From an uncultured Nautiliales bacterium (GTDB lineage Bacteria > Campylobacterota > Campylobacteria > Campylobacterales > Nautiliaceae), in the NCBI GenBank assembly GCA_964445785.1, contig CAYULY010000003.1, positions 4,084-68,083 on the forward strand: a stretch of DNA of 64,000 nt, written 5' to 3'. Position numbers and translations under genes: made by a program. The notes under the pieces were generated by a model. The model ran no database searches. It had not been told where the DNA came from and worked only from the letters and a program-made list of their open reading frames with translations. This document shows, one piece after another, positions 1 to 9,709 of the stretch. Numbering within the stretch: position 1 is the stretch's first letter; the number at the start of each line of letters is the position of its first letter.

Positions 1-268
1 CCTCGGCGATTTTTTTCTTAATTAACTTAAACACTTCGCGTCTATCTACATCATAAAATAAAAATTCGTTTTCCTCTTCCTGTTTAGCCAAAATTTCTCT
101 GGCTTTATCCTCTATTTCCCTCTCCCACGCAACATCATCGGCAATAATCTCTTCTATCTCTTTTGTAGCGTTATCGATGCCTTTAGGAAAGGTAACATAT
201 CCACTATTTAACAAATCGATACTTATTTTTCTGGCAAGGAAAGGCACTTGAGCTTCTTTTATAAGCAT
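1..268 (-). CDS. DUF507 family protein (partial, runs off window start)
   Basis: Manual translation from ATG at 268: MLIKEAQVPFLARKISIDLLNSGYVTFPKG...FYDVDRREVFKLIKKKIAE; resembles the Campylobacterota DUF507 N-terminus. Confidence 0.7.
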   Translation of the reverse strand, partial: MLIKEAQVPFLARKISIDLLNSGYVTFPKGIDNATKEIEEIIADDVAWEREIEDKAREILAKQEEENEFLFYDVDRREVFKLIKKKIAE

Positions 269-333
269 ATTAAACCTTCTATGATTATTTTTAAGAAATT
301 CTACCAAAAAAAAAGCAGATTTTATAAATTCAA

Positions 334-1044
334 CTAATAAATAAACTCGGCCTTTTTTAAAACATCCATTTTATTATATCTATTAGCAAACTCCAATGCT
401 TCTTTTACTCTTTTGCCCTCTACCAAAAATCCTATTCCCCCTTGAGACTCATTTAATCCTCCGGCTAAAATTATTTCCGCTTTTAAACCGAACAAAACCT
501 CAAAAGCCTCTATCTCACTAAACACTTCTCCACTAAAAAGCCTAAGCATAGCTATTTTACCACCAGTTGAAAAATCAACATTTTGAGAGGTCTCAACAAA
601 ATAGGGAATAAGTTTTTCATGAGAAACGGGAATAATTACTTTAGCCCCTCGGCAAACGGCTTTTACATAAAAATTCCCAAAAGTCCCTCCGTTTTTATCG
701 GCTGCAGCAACTGCCGTTTGTTTTTTTCCGTTTTCATACCACAAGGCATTAGCCCCTTTTATAAAAATATCATCTTTTGAAATTTCAAAATCTTTGATAT
801 CAATTAGCTTAAAATTTTGCAAAATAATAGGTCTATTTCTATCTTTAGTTACATTAAAACTGCAGTTTACATTACATCCGGCCACATAGGATTTATCTGT
901 TTTAACTCCTAAATGATAAAGAAGATACTCATTTGTAGAACCATACGCTATATAAACCCTCTTTGAAAAATCGATATATTCAGTTAAAGCTTTGGCGATT
1001 AAATGTTTAACGCCGTTAACGCTTAGGAATATCTGTGCTCTCAT
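334..1044 (-). CDS. conserved hypothetical protein (alpha/beta, possibly NagB/RpiA/CoA-transferase-like fold)
   Basis: ORF 334..1053; the ATG at 1044 is preceded by an AAAGGTG RBS; motifs GSTN, KGANA, GGTFG, IIPVSHEKLIP, AGG..SQG. Confidence 0.6.
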   Translation of the reverse strand: MRAQIFLSVNGVKHLIAKALTEYIDFSKRVYIAYGSTNEYLLYHLGVKTDKSYVAGCNVNCSFNVTKDRNRPIILQNFKLIDIKDFEISKDDIFIKGANALWYENGKKQTAVAAADKNGGTFGNFYVKAVCRGAKVIIPVSHEKLIPYFVETSQNVDFSTGGKIAMLRLFSGEVFSEIEAFEVLFGLKAEIILAGGLNESQGGIGFLVEGKRVKEALEFANRYNKMDVLKKAEFIY

Positions 1045-1555
1045 TATTATCACCTTTTTGCATAAGTTCCGTTAATTTCGCAGCCTTTATAGGGTCCATT
1101 TTAGCTAAAATTTTCGCCATAACTTTAGGTTGAAGTTTTTGTAAAATCTCAAGTGCCTCTTTTGATTTCATATTAGATAAAATTTGAGCCGCATTATTAG
1201 GTCTCATTTTTGCATAACTTTTAGTAATTTTATCAAGCTTAGCATTTTTAATAGCCTGCAATGTTTCTTGATATTTTTTAATCAACACTTGAAGATTTTT
1301 CTTTTCATTTTCTATTTTAATAAGAGTTGCGTTTAACTCTTTTTCCTTTTCTTTTAAATACTTCTCTTTTTTCTTCATCAAAACCATATAAGTATTTTTC
1401 AAAGCCTCAAAAGTCTCTTTTTGTTCCAAAATCTTTTCGGCTTCGGCTTCAAGTTCCGCTTTTTTTTGGTCAAAAATCTCATAACAATCCAAAAGTTTTT
1501 GATTATCTACGGCAAAAAGAAAAAGAGGAATAAAAAGAAGTTTAAAAAATCTCAC
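1016..1555 (-). CDS. MotE/MgtE-N-like periplasmic coiled-coil protein (flagellar-associated)
   Basis: Signal peptide, long coiled coil, then YAKMRPNNAAQIL...ILAKMDP.KAA repeats typical of MotE/FlbB proteins. Confidence 0.7.
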   Translation of the reverse strand: MRFFKLLFIPLFLFAVDNQKLLDCYEIFDQKKAELEAEAEKILEQKETFEALKNTYMVLMKKKEKYLKEKEKELNATLIKIENEKKNLQVLIKKYQETLQAIKNAKLDKITKSYAKMRPNNAAQILSNMKSKEALEILQKLQPKVMAKILAKMDPIKAAKLTELMQKGDNNESTDIPKR

Positions 1556-2333
1556 CTAAAATATCTCCCACTTCCACGTAATCTTGCTGATTTAAATATT
1601 TAAAATGATCCGCTCCAAAGAAAAGAAGAATAGAACTTCCAAACTCAAATCTTCCTAATTCAGTCCCTTTTTTAATCTTAATAGGAGTTTCATACTCAAA
1701 AGTCGTAATTTCATCATAATCTCTTTGAAGCCTTTCATCAAAATTAAAATGAATTTTCCCGACTATCATAGCTCCTACGGCTACAAAATAAAAATATCTC
1801 TCTTTTTTATCCTTGCATCTTAAAACAACTCTTTTGTTTTTAGGAAATACAAGTTCTTTTTCAAGCTGGGAGGGTTTGACCGGCATAAGAGTACCAGGAA
1901 TATAAGTAGCTTTTACAATTTCCATATCTACAGGAGCGTGAAAACGGTGATAATCCCTAGGCGATAAATAAAGATTTATAAAATGCCCTCCGTTTAATTT
2001 TGTTTCATAAGGTATAAGCTCATTTATTTTATATTTTTTACCTTTTATCTGATACACATAATCATCTTCCTCTATTTCATCGTGAGCAATAACCAAAGAA
2101 TCGCTCGGACTTACAACTATATCCTCATCTTCATAAAACTCTATATATTTTTTATGACGGATAAAAAGCTCATTTAACGTTTTATATTCACACGGATCTT
2201 CGGGTATGAAATTCTCCATATCAATATCAAAAATCTTTACGTAAGTTTTATTGATAAAACACTGAATAAACTTAGGAAATTTTGTAGTAGCGATTTTTAC
2301 AACAATTTTAGAGAGCAAACGGGAGGGATTCAT
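1542..2333 (-). CDS. psd: phosphatidylserine decarboxylase proenzyme
   Basis: LNELFIR, SPSD, YLSPRDYHRFHAP and FEFGSS self-cleavage motif. Confidence 0.9.
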   Translation of the reverse strand: MNPSRLLSKIVVKIATTKFPKFIQCFINKTYVKIFDIDMENFIPEDPCEYKTLNELFIRHKKYIEFYEDEDIVVSPSDSLVIAHDEIEEDDYVYQIKGKKYKINELIPYETKLNGGHFINLYLSPRDYHRFHAPVDMEIVKATYIPGTLMPVKPSQLEKELVFPKNKRVVLRCKDKKERYFYFVAVGAMIVGKIHFNFDERLQRDYDEITTFEYETPIKIKKGTELGRFEFGSSILLFFGADHFKYLNQQDYVEVGDILGEIF

Positions 2334-3319
2334 TTTAAGTTTACTCCTTTTTTACCTTTTTTAATTTCTCCTATTACATACGCATCGGAATTTGAAAGAA
2401 TATAATCTACATTTTTATCATCAACTGCCAACACCAACCCTACACCCATATTAAACGTTCTATACATTTCCGATTCATCCACATACTGTTTCATAAATTC
2501 AAAAATTGGAAGCACTTTTATTTTATCTTTATATACGACAGCTTCTAAATCATCCGGCAATACTCTTGGAAGGTTTTCTACTATTCCACCACCGGTAATA
2601 TGAGCCAAAGCGTTAATTTTATCTTTAAACTTTTTAAACTCTTTTACATAAATTCTAGTTGGAGTAAGCAACGTTTCGATTAAAGGTTTACCGTTAAAAT
2701 CATCGTCAAATTTCATATTCAACTTCTCAAAAAACAACTTTCTAACAAGTGAATATCCGTTTGAATGAATACCACTGCTTGGAAGTGCAAGTAACACATC
2801 GCCCTCTTTTACTTTAGGATTAAGCTCATCCTCTTCTGCAACTCCCACTGCAAATCCGGCTAAATCAAAATCCTCTTCACTGTACATCCCCGGCATTTCA
2901 GCCGTTTCTCCACCTATTAAGGCACATTCGGCCTGTTTACAACCTTCTGCAATTCCTTTAACAGTCTGAGCTGCTGCCTTTACATCAAGTTTACCAGTCG
3001 CATAATAATCAAGGAAAAAAAGAGGCTCTCCAAAATTACAAATCAAATCATTTACACACATAGCAACCAAATCTATACCGACCGTATCATATTTTTTTGC
3101 ATCGATTGCAAGTTTAAGTTTAGTCCCAACCCCATCCGTAGCACTTAAAAGGACCGGTTTCTTATAGCCGCCAGGCATTCTAAAAGCCCCTGCAAAACTA
3201 CCTATTCCACCTACTACATTTGAATTAAAAGTCTCTTTCACATAAGGTTTGATTTTTTCTACTAAGCTGTTCCCGGCATCAATATCAACACCGGCATCTT
3301 TATAACTGATACTTCCCAT
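2330..3319 (-). CDS. purM: phosphoribosylformylglycinamidine cyclo-ligase
   Basis: YKDAGVDI, TDGVGTK, GGETAEMPG, SSGIHSNGYSL, HITGGG, TFNMGVG. Confidence 0.97.
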   Translation of the reverse strand: MGSISYKDAGVDIDAGNSLVEKIKPYVKETFNSNVVGGIGSFAGAFRMPGGYKKPVLLSATDGVGTKLKLAIDAKKYDTVGIDLVAMCVNDLICNFGEPLFFLDYYATGKLDVKAAAQTVKGIAEGCKQAECALIGGETAEMPGMYSEEDFDLAGFAVGVAEEDELNPKVKEGDVLLALPSSGIHSNGYSLVRKLFFEKLNMKFDDDFNGKPLIETLLTPTRIYVKEFKKFKDKINALAHITGGGIVENLPRVLPDDLEAVVYKDKIKVLPIFEFMKQYVDESEMYRTFNMGVGLVLAVDDKNVDYILSNSDAYVIGEIKKGKKGVNLK

Positions 3320-3555
3320 TACTCCTCCTCTTTTTTACATTCACAATAACAACTACCGAATATTTTCGTAAGCATCCAAGTACTAGGGCAAAAATCAAAC
3401 ACACCATAAATAAATAACATAATCGACACAAACGCCAATAAAGCAAGTGCTATAGTAAAGAAACTTTTAGCCAATAAAACTAAAATTATTATCATCATAA
3501 AAGACATTAAAAACCTATGCAACCTCTCTGCACATAAAAACTTTTTAGACTTCAT
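3319..3555 (-). CDS. DUF2892/YgaP-like small membrane protein
   Basis: 78 aa, two TM helices followed by FCP motif. Confidence 0.6.
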   Translation of the reverse strand: MKSKKFLCAERLHRFLMSFMMIIILVLLAKSFFTIALALLAFVSIMLFIYGVFDFCPSTWMLTKIFGSCYCECKKEEE

Positions 3556-3564
3556 TTTACTCCT

Positions 3565-4533
3565 TTAAAAAATTAGTTTATTAACTTCTTCCATCTTTTT
3601 AAAAGCAATCTCTTTTGCTTTTGTTTTCCCCGCTTCTATTATACCCGCAATCTCATCATCTTTTAAAGACTCTTTTTTCTCCCTAATAGGACTTATTACT
3701 TTTTCTATATTTGCAGCACATCTTTTTTTACACTCCACACATCCTATACTTCCGGCTCTACAAGCACTCTCAATCTCTTTTACTTCATCTTCACTTGAAA
3801 AAGCTTTATGATACTCAAACACTATACAAACTTCCGGATGCCCCGGGTCTGTTTTTTTAATTCTTGCCGGGTCTGTTTTCGCTTTACGGACTTTTTGCCA
3901 AATCTCTTCAGCACTGTCACAAAGATAAATAGCGTTATTGTAACTTTTACTCATTTTTCTACCATCAAGCCCCGGAAGCCTTGCAGTTTCAGTCAAAAGC
4001 TCTTTAGGTTCTGTAAAAATCTCTTTTTTAAAAAGATGATGAAATCTTCTTACAATTTCCCTTGCAAGTTCCAAATGAGGTCTTTGGTCTTCTCCAATCG
4101 GTACTAAATTCGCATCATATAAAATAATATCCGCCGTTTGAAGCACCGGATAAGTTAAAAATCCAGCATTGTTTTTTTCCTTATACTCCTCTTGAGTCAT
4201 TGCATCTTTATAAGTAGGGTTTCTCTCAAGCCAACTAACAGGTGTTATCATATTCAAAATAAGATAAAGCTCCGCGTGTGCTTTTATATCGCTTTGAATA
4301 AAAATAGTGGATTTATTAGGGTCAATTCCACAAGCTATCCACTCTTTTACAAGTTCGATACTCTGTTTTCTTAAATCAAGCCCTTCATCGTATTTAGTAG
4401 ACAAAGCGTGCCAATCGGCTACAAAGAAAAAAGTATCGTAATTTTCCTCTAAATTTAACCAATTTTTAATAACTCCCAAATAGTGGCCAAGGTGTAAATT
4501 ACCCGTTGGCCTCATTCCACTAACTACTCTCAA
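3565..4533 (-). CDS. trpS: tryptophan--tRNA ligase
   Basis: SGMRPTG.LHLGH, YPVLQTADI, GEDQ, KMSKS. Confidence 0.97.
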   Translation of the reverse strand: MRVVSGMRPTGNLHLGHYLGVIKNWLNLEENYDTFFFVADWHALSTKYDEGLDLRKQSIELVKEWIACGIDPNKSTIFIQSDIKAHAELYLILNMITPVSWLERNPTYKDAMTQEEYKEKNNAGFLTYPVLQTADIILYDANLVPIGEDQRPHLELAREIVRRFHHLFKKEIFTEPKELLTETARLPGLDGRKMSKSYNNAIYLCDSAEEIWQKVRKAKTDPARIKKTDPGHPEVCIVFEYHKAFSSEDEVKEIESACRAGSIGCVECKKRCAANIEKVISPIREKKESLKDDEIAGIIEAGKTKAKEIAFKKMEEVNKLIF

Positions 4534-5327
4534 AATTTAGCTCCCAATTCCAAAAATGCACCTTTATATTTAAGAAGCGTTGAAGTTCCGTCACTCTCTC
4601 CGTAAACTTCTTTATATCTGTATCCAACTTTTACAAAAGGATTAACAGGTCCCAACACATCAATTGTATATTTAATAGCACCCGTATAATCATAATGATG
4701 ATTTTCTCCGGCTTTTGCCCATTTTACGTTCGCAATAGCTGAAAACCCGAAAAACTTCATCGTTTCAATATGAGCGTATAGATAAGGTAAAATCACTTCC
4801 CAGTTATTATCCACCCATGCTTTAGTTTGCCCGGTTAATTGAGAAGTACCGTAAATTCTTGTATAACCTTTCCAGTAATCAACACCAAATCCAGCTTCTA
4901 TATCAGCAACAACTGGTTTAAATTCATAAAAAAACGTAGCGTCATATGATTTAACAGTTTGAGTTGTATCAACGTTTACTAAAGCCGTATTAATATTTAC
5001 ATCCCCGATTTTAACATTTCCCGCAATATAATTACTATGCCCTGATGTATCATATTTCGTATATTGCAACTTTACGTTAGGAATAAAAGGAATAGGATGA
5101 ATAAATTTAATCCATGCATAAGGATGAGTCTCGTCTTTTAAACCTAAATACCCGGTATTACCACCATAATTCGAAATAGTCCCAAAATAGTTAATCGTAC
5201 TATCTTTTTTTACATAACCGCTAATTCCCTCTTTCCAATATCCAACACCGGCACTTACACTAAGTAAATCCGCACTCGCAAAACTAACTAAACCTGCCGT
5301 AATTAAAGCTATACTAAGTTTCTTCAT
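4530..5327 (-). CDS. TIGR04219-like outer membrane beta-barrel protein
   Basis: ATG at 5327 with AGGAG RBS; signal peptide MKKLSIALITAGLVSFASA; HPIPFIPNVKL motif; C-terminal Phe (LELGAKF). Confidence 0.75.
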   Translation of the reverse strand: MKKLSIALITAGLVSFASADLLSVSAGVGYWKEGISGYVKKDSTINYFGTISNYGGNTGYLGLKDETHPYAWIKFIHPIPFIPNVKLQYTKYDTSGHSNYIAGNVKIGDVNINTALVNVDTTQTVKSYDATFFYEFKPVVADIEAGFGVDYWKGYTRIYGTSQLTGQTKAWVDNNWEVILPYLYAHIETMKFFGFSAIANVKWAKAGENHHYDYTGAIKYTIDVLGPVNPFVKVGYRYKEVYGESDGTSTLLKYKGAFLELGAKF

Positions 5328-6699
5328 ATTTTTCTCCTTTTTTTCTTGGTACAAACACTATAGGCGTACCTGTAAAATCATCTTTTTGTCTTAAGAAGTT
5401 TACCAAATATCTTTTATAAGAAAAATGCAATTTGTTTCTATTCATAATAAGGGCAATAGTGGGAGGTTTTGTTTTAAATTGAGTGGCATAATAAATTTTA
5501 ACCTCTTTACCCCCAATATCCGTTGGAATATGATGTCTAATTGTAGCCTCTTTTATCCATTCGTTTAATACGGAAGTCGGTATTCTTTTTGAATAGTTTT
5601 GATAAACTCTGATAATCTCTTTTTTAAGTTTATCTATATTTCTACCCGTCTTCGCACTTACTGCCAAAAACGGAGCAAAATCCAGATATTTAAATCTATA
5701 ATAAACCTCTTTTCTAAATTTATGAAACTCCTCTTTATTTTCATCCCATTTATTAGCGACGATAATAACCCCGTTTTTATGTTTGTCTATAAGACCACCG
5801 ATTTTTTCGTCAAGTTCTACTATGCCCTCTTTTGCATCAAGTACAAGTATCGCTATATCGGCTTCTTCCAATACTTTTTCGGTTCTTAAAAGAGCATATT
5901 TTTCTATATCTTTTATTTTACTTCTTCTTCTAATTCCTGCCGTATCCACAAAGGTAATATTCCACCCCTCATAATAAATACTCTCATCAATAGGGTCAAT
6001 GGTAGTGCCGTCAACATCGCTTACAATTACCCTATCTTCTCCGACAAGAGCGTTTAAAAGAGAACTTTTACCCACATTTACACGTCCTACAATTGCAACT
6101 TTTATCTCTTTAAGCTCTTCTAAATTTTCACTCTCATCCTCTTGAACCGCTAAAAGGTCTTCAAGTGGAATTTCCTGTTCAAACTCACTCACTTCAAAAG
6201 TCTGTTTTTTCGGAACAAAATCTTTAATTCTCTCTATAAGCTTCCCTACTCCTCTGTTGTGAGATACGGAAATAGGAAACACTTCATCAGCACCAAGCTC
6301 ATAAAAATCATAAACTTTTTCCATCATTTTATCATTGTCTATTTTATTAACAACCAAAATAAGATGTTTATTAAGCTTTTGCAAACTTCTAAAATACTTT
6401 ATCTCCTCCTCATCCGGAAGAGTTTTCCCATCAACCATATAAAGAATAATATCGGCTTCTTTTGCAACTTTTAAGGCTTTTTCTTTTACTTTATCAAAAA
6501 GCTCATCCCTCTCTTCAAGCCCACCGGTATCCAACAAAACAATATCTTCTAAATCATCATCCAAATTCACTTCTCTTTTTTTTATATCTCTTGTGGTTCC
6601 AGCTTTTTCACTAACAATAGCATCACGCTCTCTTAAAATTCTATTAAAAAGAGAACTCTTCCCAACGTTCGGTTTTCCTAAAATCGCTACTTTTATCAT
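5314..6699 (-). CDS. der: ribosome biogenesis GTPase Der (EngA)
   Basis: Two tandem G domains (GKPNVGKS, GRVNVGKS, DTGG/DTAG, NKID/NKWD) and a KH-like C-terminus. Confidence 0.97.
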   Translation of the reverse strand: MIKVAILGKPNVGKSSLFNRILRERDAIVSEKAGTTRDIKKREVNLDDDLEDIVLLDTGGLEERDELFDKVKEKALKVAKEADIILYMVDGKTLPDEEEIKYFRSLQKLNKHLILVVNKIDNDKMMEKVYDFYELGADEVFPISVSHNRGVGKLIERIKDFVPKKQTFEVSEFEQEIPLEDLLAVQEDESENLEELKEIKVAIVGRVNVGKSSLLNALVGEDRVIVSDVDGTTIDPIDESIYYEGWNITFVDTAGIRRRSKIKDIEKYALLRTEKVLEEADIAILVLDAKEGIVELDEKIGGLIDKHKNGVIIVANKWDENKEEFHKFRKEVYYRFKYLDFAPFLAVSAKTGRNIDKLKKEIIRVYQNYSKRIPTSVLNEWIKEATIRHHIPTDIGGKEVKIYYATQFKTKPPTIALIMNRNKLHFSYKRYLVNFLRQKDDFTGTPIVFVPRKKGEKYEET

Positions 6700-6754
6700 C
6701 TCAGTCCTGTTTTTTTTATTATTATTTTACATTTTTTATTGTTTGTTTTCAATT

Positions 6755-8305
6755 TTAAATACTGTCTTTATAGCTAATCTTTTTTTGTAATAAATCTTTC
6801 ATATGGATGTAATTGTTAAGAGCGTTTATATAAGCCCTGGCACTTGCAAGCATTGTATCTATACTAAGCCCGTGTCCCATAACAGCCGGTTTATCTTCAT
6901 CAAATACAACTTTTACCATAACTTTTGCAAGTGCGTCTTTTCCTTCACTTACAGCTTCCACTTTATAATCCATAAGCTTACCGGTAATTCCGCTAATTCT
7001 GTCTATTACTTTAAAAACCGCATCGATAGTCCCCTCTCCAATTGCGGCGTCTACGTAAATTTTATCTTCAAATTTTATTTTTGCAGCGGCACTTGGCATT
7101 CCGTCGCTACAATCGCTAAGTTGAAGTGAGATAAGCTCATAAGTTTTAGGTGTTGAATCCATAGTATCGTTTAAAATCGCAATAATATCCTCATCATAAA
7201 TCTCTTTTTTCTTATCAGCAAGTTTTTTAAACTTCATAAACGCTTCATTTAATTCCTCTTGATTTAAATCAAATCCTAAAGCCTCCAATTTTTTAGAAAA
7301 CGCGTGTCTTCCGCTGTGTTTTCCAAGGACAATGGTATCTTTTATATCAAGACCTATACTCTCTGCACTCATAATCTCATAAGTCTCTTTATGTTTTAAA
7401 ACTCCATCTTGATGAATACCACTTTCGTGTGCAAACGCGTTTTTACCTACAATCGCTTTGTTCGGTTGAGGCTCAATTCCTGTTACACTAGCTACAAGAC
7501 GGCTTGTCGGATAAAGCTCTTTAGTATTTATTCTAGTATCAATTCCCTCAAACAAATCACGTCTGACTTTTATAGCCATTACAATTTCTTCTAAAGCGGC
7601 ATTTCCAGCTCTCTCTCCAAGTCCGTTTATAGTACACTCAACCTGTCTTGCACCGTTTAAAACACTGTAAAGAGAATTGGCAGTAGCAAGCCCTAAATCA
7701 TTATGACAATGTACCGAAAAAATTATATCTTTTGGGAAATATTCGGTAAGCTCTTTTATTATAGCTCCCATTTCGGTTGGAAATCTATATCCGACAGTAT
7801 CCGGAATATTTATAGTTTTCGCCCCGGCTTCAATAACCGCCCCAATTATCTCTTTCAAAAAGCTCATTTCACTTCTTCCAGCATCTTCACAGCTAAACTC
7901 TACATCATCAACAAACGTTCTTGCGTATTTTACTGCATCAACCGCTCTTTTAATAACCTCTTCCGGTTTCATTCTAAGTTTATATTCCATATGAATAGGC
8001 GAAGTAGCGATAAATGTATGAATTCTTTTAAGAGGTGCCGGGGCTATTGCGTCTGCTGCTGCTTTTATATCTTTTTCAACAGCTCTCGCAAGAGAACAGA
8101 TAGTAGAATCTTTTATCTCTTTTGCTATCATATTAATAGCCTCAAAATCTCCGGGACTTGCCGCTGCAAAACCGGCTTCAATAATATCCACTCTTAATTT
8201 TTCAAGTTGTCTTGCCACTTTTATTTTTTCTTCTATAGTCATACTGGCACCGGGGCTTTGCTCCCCATCTCTAAGAGTCGTATCAAATATTTTTACCATT
8301 TCCAT
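6755..8305 (-). CDS. leuA: 2-isopropylmalate synthase
   Basis: [31 protein letters not shown], plus regulatory domain. Confidence 0.96.
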   Translation of the reverse strand: MEMVKIFDTTLRDGEQSPGASMTIEEKIKVARQLEKLRVDIIEAGFAAASPGDFEAINMIAKEIKDSTICSLARAVEKDIKAAADAIAPAPLKRIHTFIATSPIHMEYKLRMKPEEVIKRAVDAVKYARTFVDDVEFSCEDAGRSEMSFLKEIIGAVIEAGAKTINIPDTVGYRFPTEMGAIIKELTEYFPKDIIFSVHCHNDLGLATANSLYSVLNGARQVECTINGLGERAGNAALEEIVMAIKVRRDLFEGIDTRINTKELYPTSRLVASVTGIEPQPNKAIVGKNAFAHESGIHQDGVLKHKETYEIMSAESIGLDIKDTIVLGKHSGRHAFSKKLEALGFDLNQEELNEAFMKFKKLADKKKEIYDEDIIAILNDTMDSTPKTYELISLQLSDCSDGMPSAAAKIKFEDKIYVDAAIGEGTIDAVFKVIDRISGITGKLMDYKVEAVSEGKDALAKVMVKVVFDEDKPAVMGHGLSIDTMLASARAYINALNNYIHMKDLLQKKISYKDSI

Positions 8306-8331
8306 TTTTATCCTTTTGCTCTATTTTTCTT

Positions 8332-8360
8332 ATTTTACACCAAATTTAAGTTTTTGTCAA
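8332..8360 (-). promoter_or_regulatory. sigma70 promoter of leuA
   Basis: Minus strand TTGACA (8360-8355), 17-nt spacer, TAAAAT (8337-8332), about 27 nt upstream of the leuA start. Confidence 0.7.
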
Positions 8361-8370
8361 TGGAAAAAAA

Positions 8371-9078
8371 TTATCTTTTAGTTTTTATTATCTTTAAATA
8401 ACCTTTTATTCCTCTGTATAATCCGTAAAACGTATACAAACTAAGAAGCAAAGCTATAGCTTCAACCGGATACAAATAAATTAAAGAAGATATCAAAATC
8501 AAAACAATTAATACCTTAAAAGCCACGTTTTTATTCAAATCCATTTTCTTAAAACTCGGATACCTAAAATTACTAACCATCAAAAACGCCAAAAGCAACG
8601 CTCCAAATAATACAATATAATTACAATTGCTTTTATATTTAAGCTCCAGCATAATCCAGCTGCTAAGTACAACTGCGGCTGTAGGGATAGGAAGCCCTAT
8701 AAAATACCTAGGGTCGTTTTCAGAGGTCGTTATATTAAATCTAGCAAGTCTGATAGCACCAAACACCACATAAAGCCCACTTACCAACGCTCCAAATCTC
8801 CCGTATTCACTTCCTACGGAAAAAAACAGCATCATAGCCGGAGCTACCCCAAAAGCTATAACATCAGCCAAAGAATCAAACTCTACTCCAAATTTAGAAG
8901 TAGTATTGGTAAGTCTGGCTAACCTTCCGTCAAGCCCATCGGCAATTAAAGACAGCACAATATAAATAAAAGCTTTTTCAAACTTACCTTGAGAAGAGGC
9001 AATAATACTCATTACCCCTAAAAAAGCACTCAAGGCCGTAAAAAAATTAGGAATTAAATAAACAAACTTAACTTTCAT
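8371..9078 (-). CDS. pssA: CDP-diacylglycerol--serine O-phosphatidyltransferase
   Basis: DGLDGRLAR...FG..FDSLAD CDP-alcohol phosphotransferase motif; RLARFN; FIGLP. Confidence 0.95.
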   Translation of the reverse strand: MKVKFVYLIPNFFTALSAFLGVMSIIASSQGKFEKAFIYIVLSLIADGLDGRLARLTNTTSKFGVEFDSLADVIAFGVAPAMMLFFSVGSEYGRFGALVSGLYVVFGAIRLARFNITTSENDPRYFIGLPIPTAAVVLSSWIMLELKYKSNCNYIVLFGALLLAFLMVSNFRYPSFKKMDLNKNVAFKVLIVLILISSLIYLYPVEAIALLLSLYTFYGLYRGIKGYLKIIKTKR

Positions 9079-9709
9079 TTAAAAATCCTATTAAACTTTC
9101 CCCTGCTTTTACTTTTTGAAATTCAGTTACTTTAATAGTAGCATTTAAAGGCACATACAAGTCCACTTGAGACCCAAACATTATCATCGAATATCTCTCT
9201 CCTAACTTCACATTCCCTAAATCCCTAAACATTACTATTCTTCTTGTAACAAACCCTGCTATCTGATTTACAACAACTTTATTTATTCTATTTTCAAACA
9301 AAACTCTGTTTTGTTCGTTTAGCTCACTCGCTTTCGGTGTATTAAGCATTAAAAAAGTCCCGTGAATATACTCTCTAGCACTCATTTGCCCATCAATCGG
9401 AGAGCGTTGAACGTGTACATCGAATATCGAAAGTCTTATAGAAATTTTTAACATTTTTTCATTAGTTATGGGAGCTATAGCTTCTTTTATTTCTATAACC
9501 TCTCCGTCGCTAGGAGATATTATAGCTCCTTTTGAACTATCTTCCGGAACTCTTTCCGGATTTCTAAAAAAATAAAGAAAAAACGCAAAAACTAAAAACC
9601 AAAAAAAATGCCAAAAAGAACTCTGTGTCAAAATTAAAGAAAGAAGAAAAACTAAAAAACCGGCTCCTATATAAGGATATCCTTCCTTAAGAATCATTTC
9701 TGTTTTCAT
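9068..9709 (-). CDS. phosphatidylserine decarboxylase family protein (short type)
   Basis: [26 protein letters not shown]; ATG at 9709 with GAGGAG RBS; adjacent to pssA. Confidence 0.85.
   Translation of the reverse strand: MKTEMILKEGYPYIGAGFLVFLLSLILTQSSFWHFFWFLVFAFFLYFFRNPERVPEDSSKGAIISPSDGEVIEIKEAIAPITNEKMLKISIRLSIFDVHVQRSPIDGQMSAREYIHGTFLMLNTPKASELNEQNRVLFENRINKVVVNQIAGFVTRRIVMFRDLGNVKLGERYSMIMFGSQVDLYVPLNATIKVTEFQKVKAGESLIGFLNES

Noticed and set aside
1542-9709. Two phosphatidylserine decarboxylase-family genes
   Set aside because: Having both a long psd and a short pssA-linked homologue is the known state in Campylobacterota, so it is not novel
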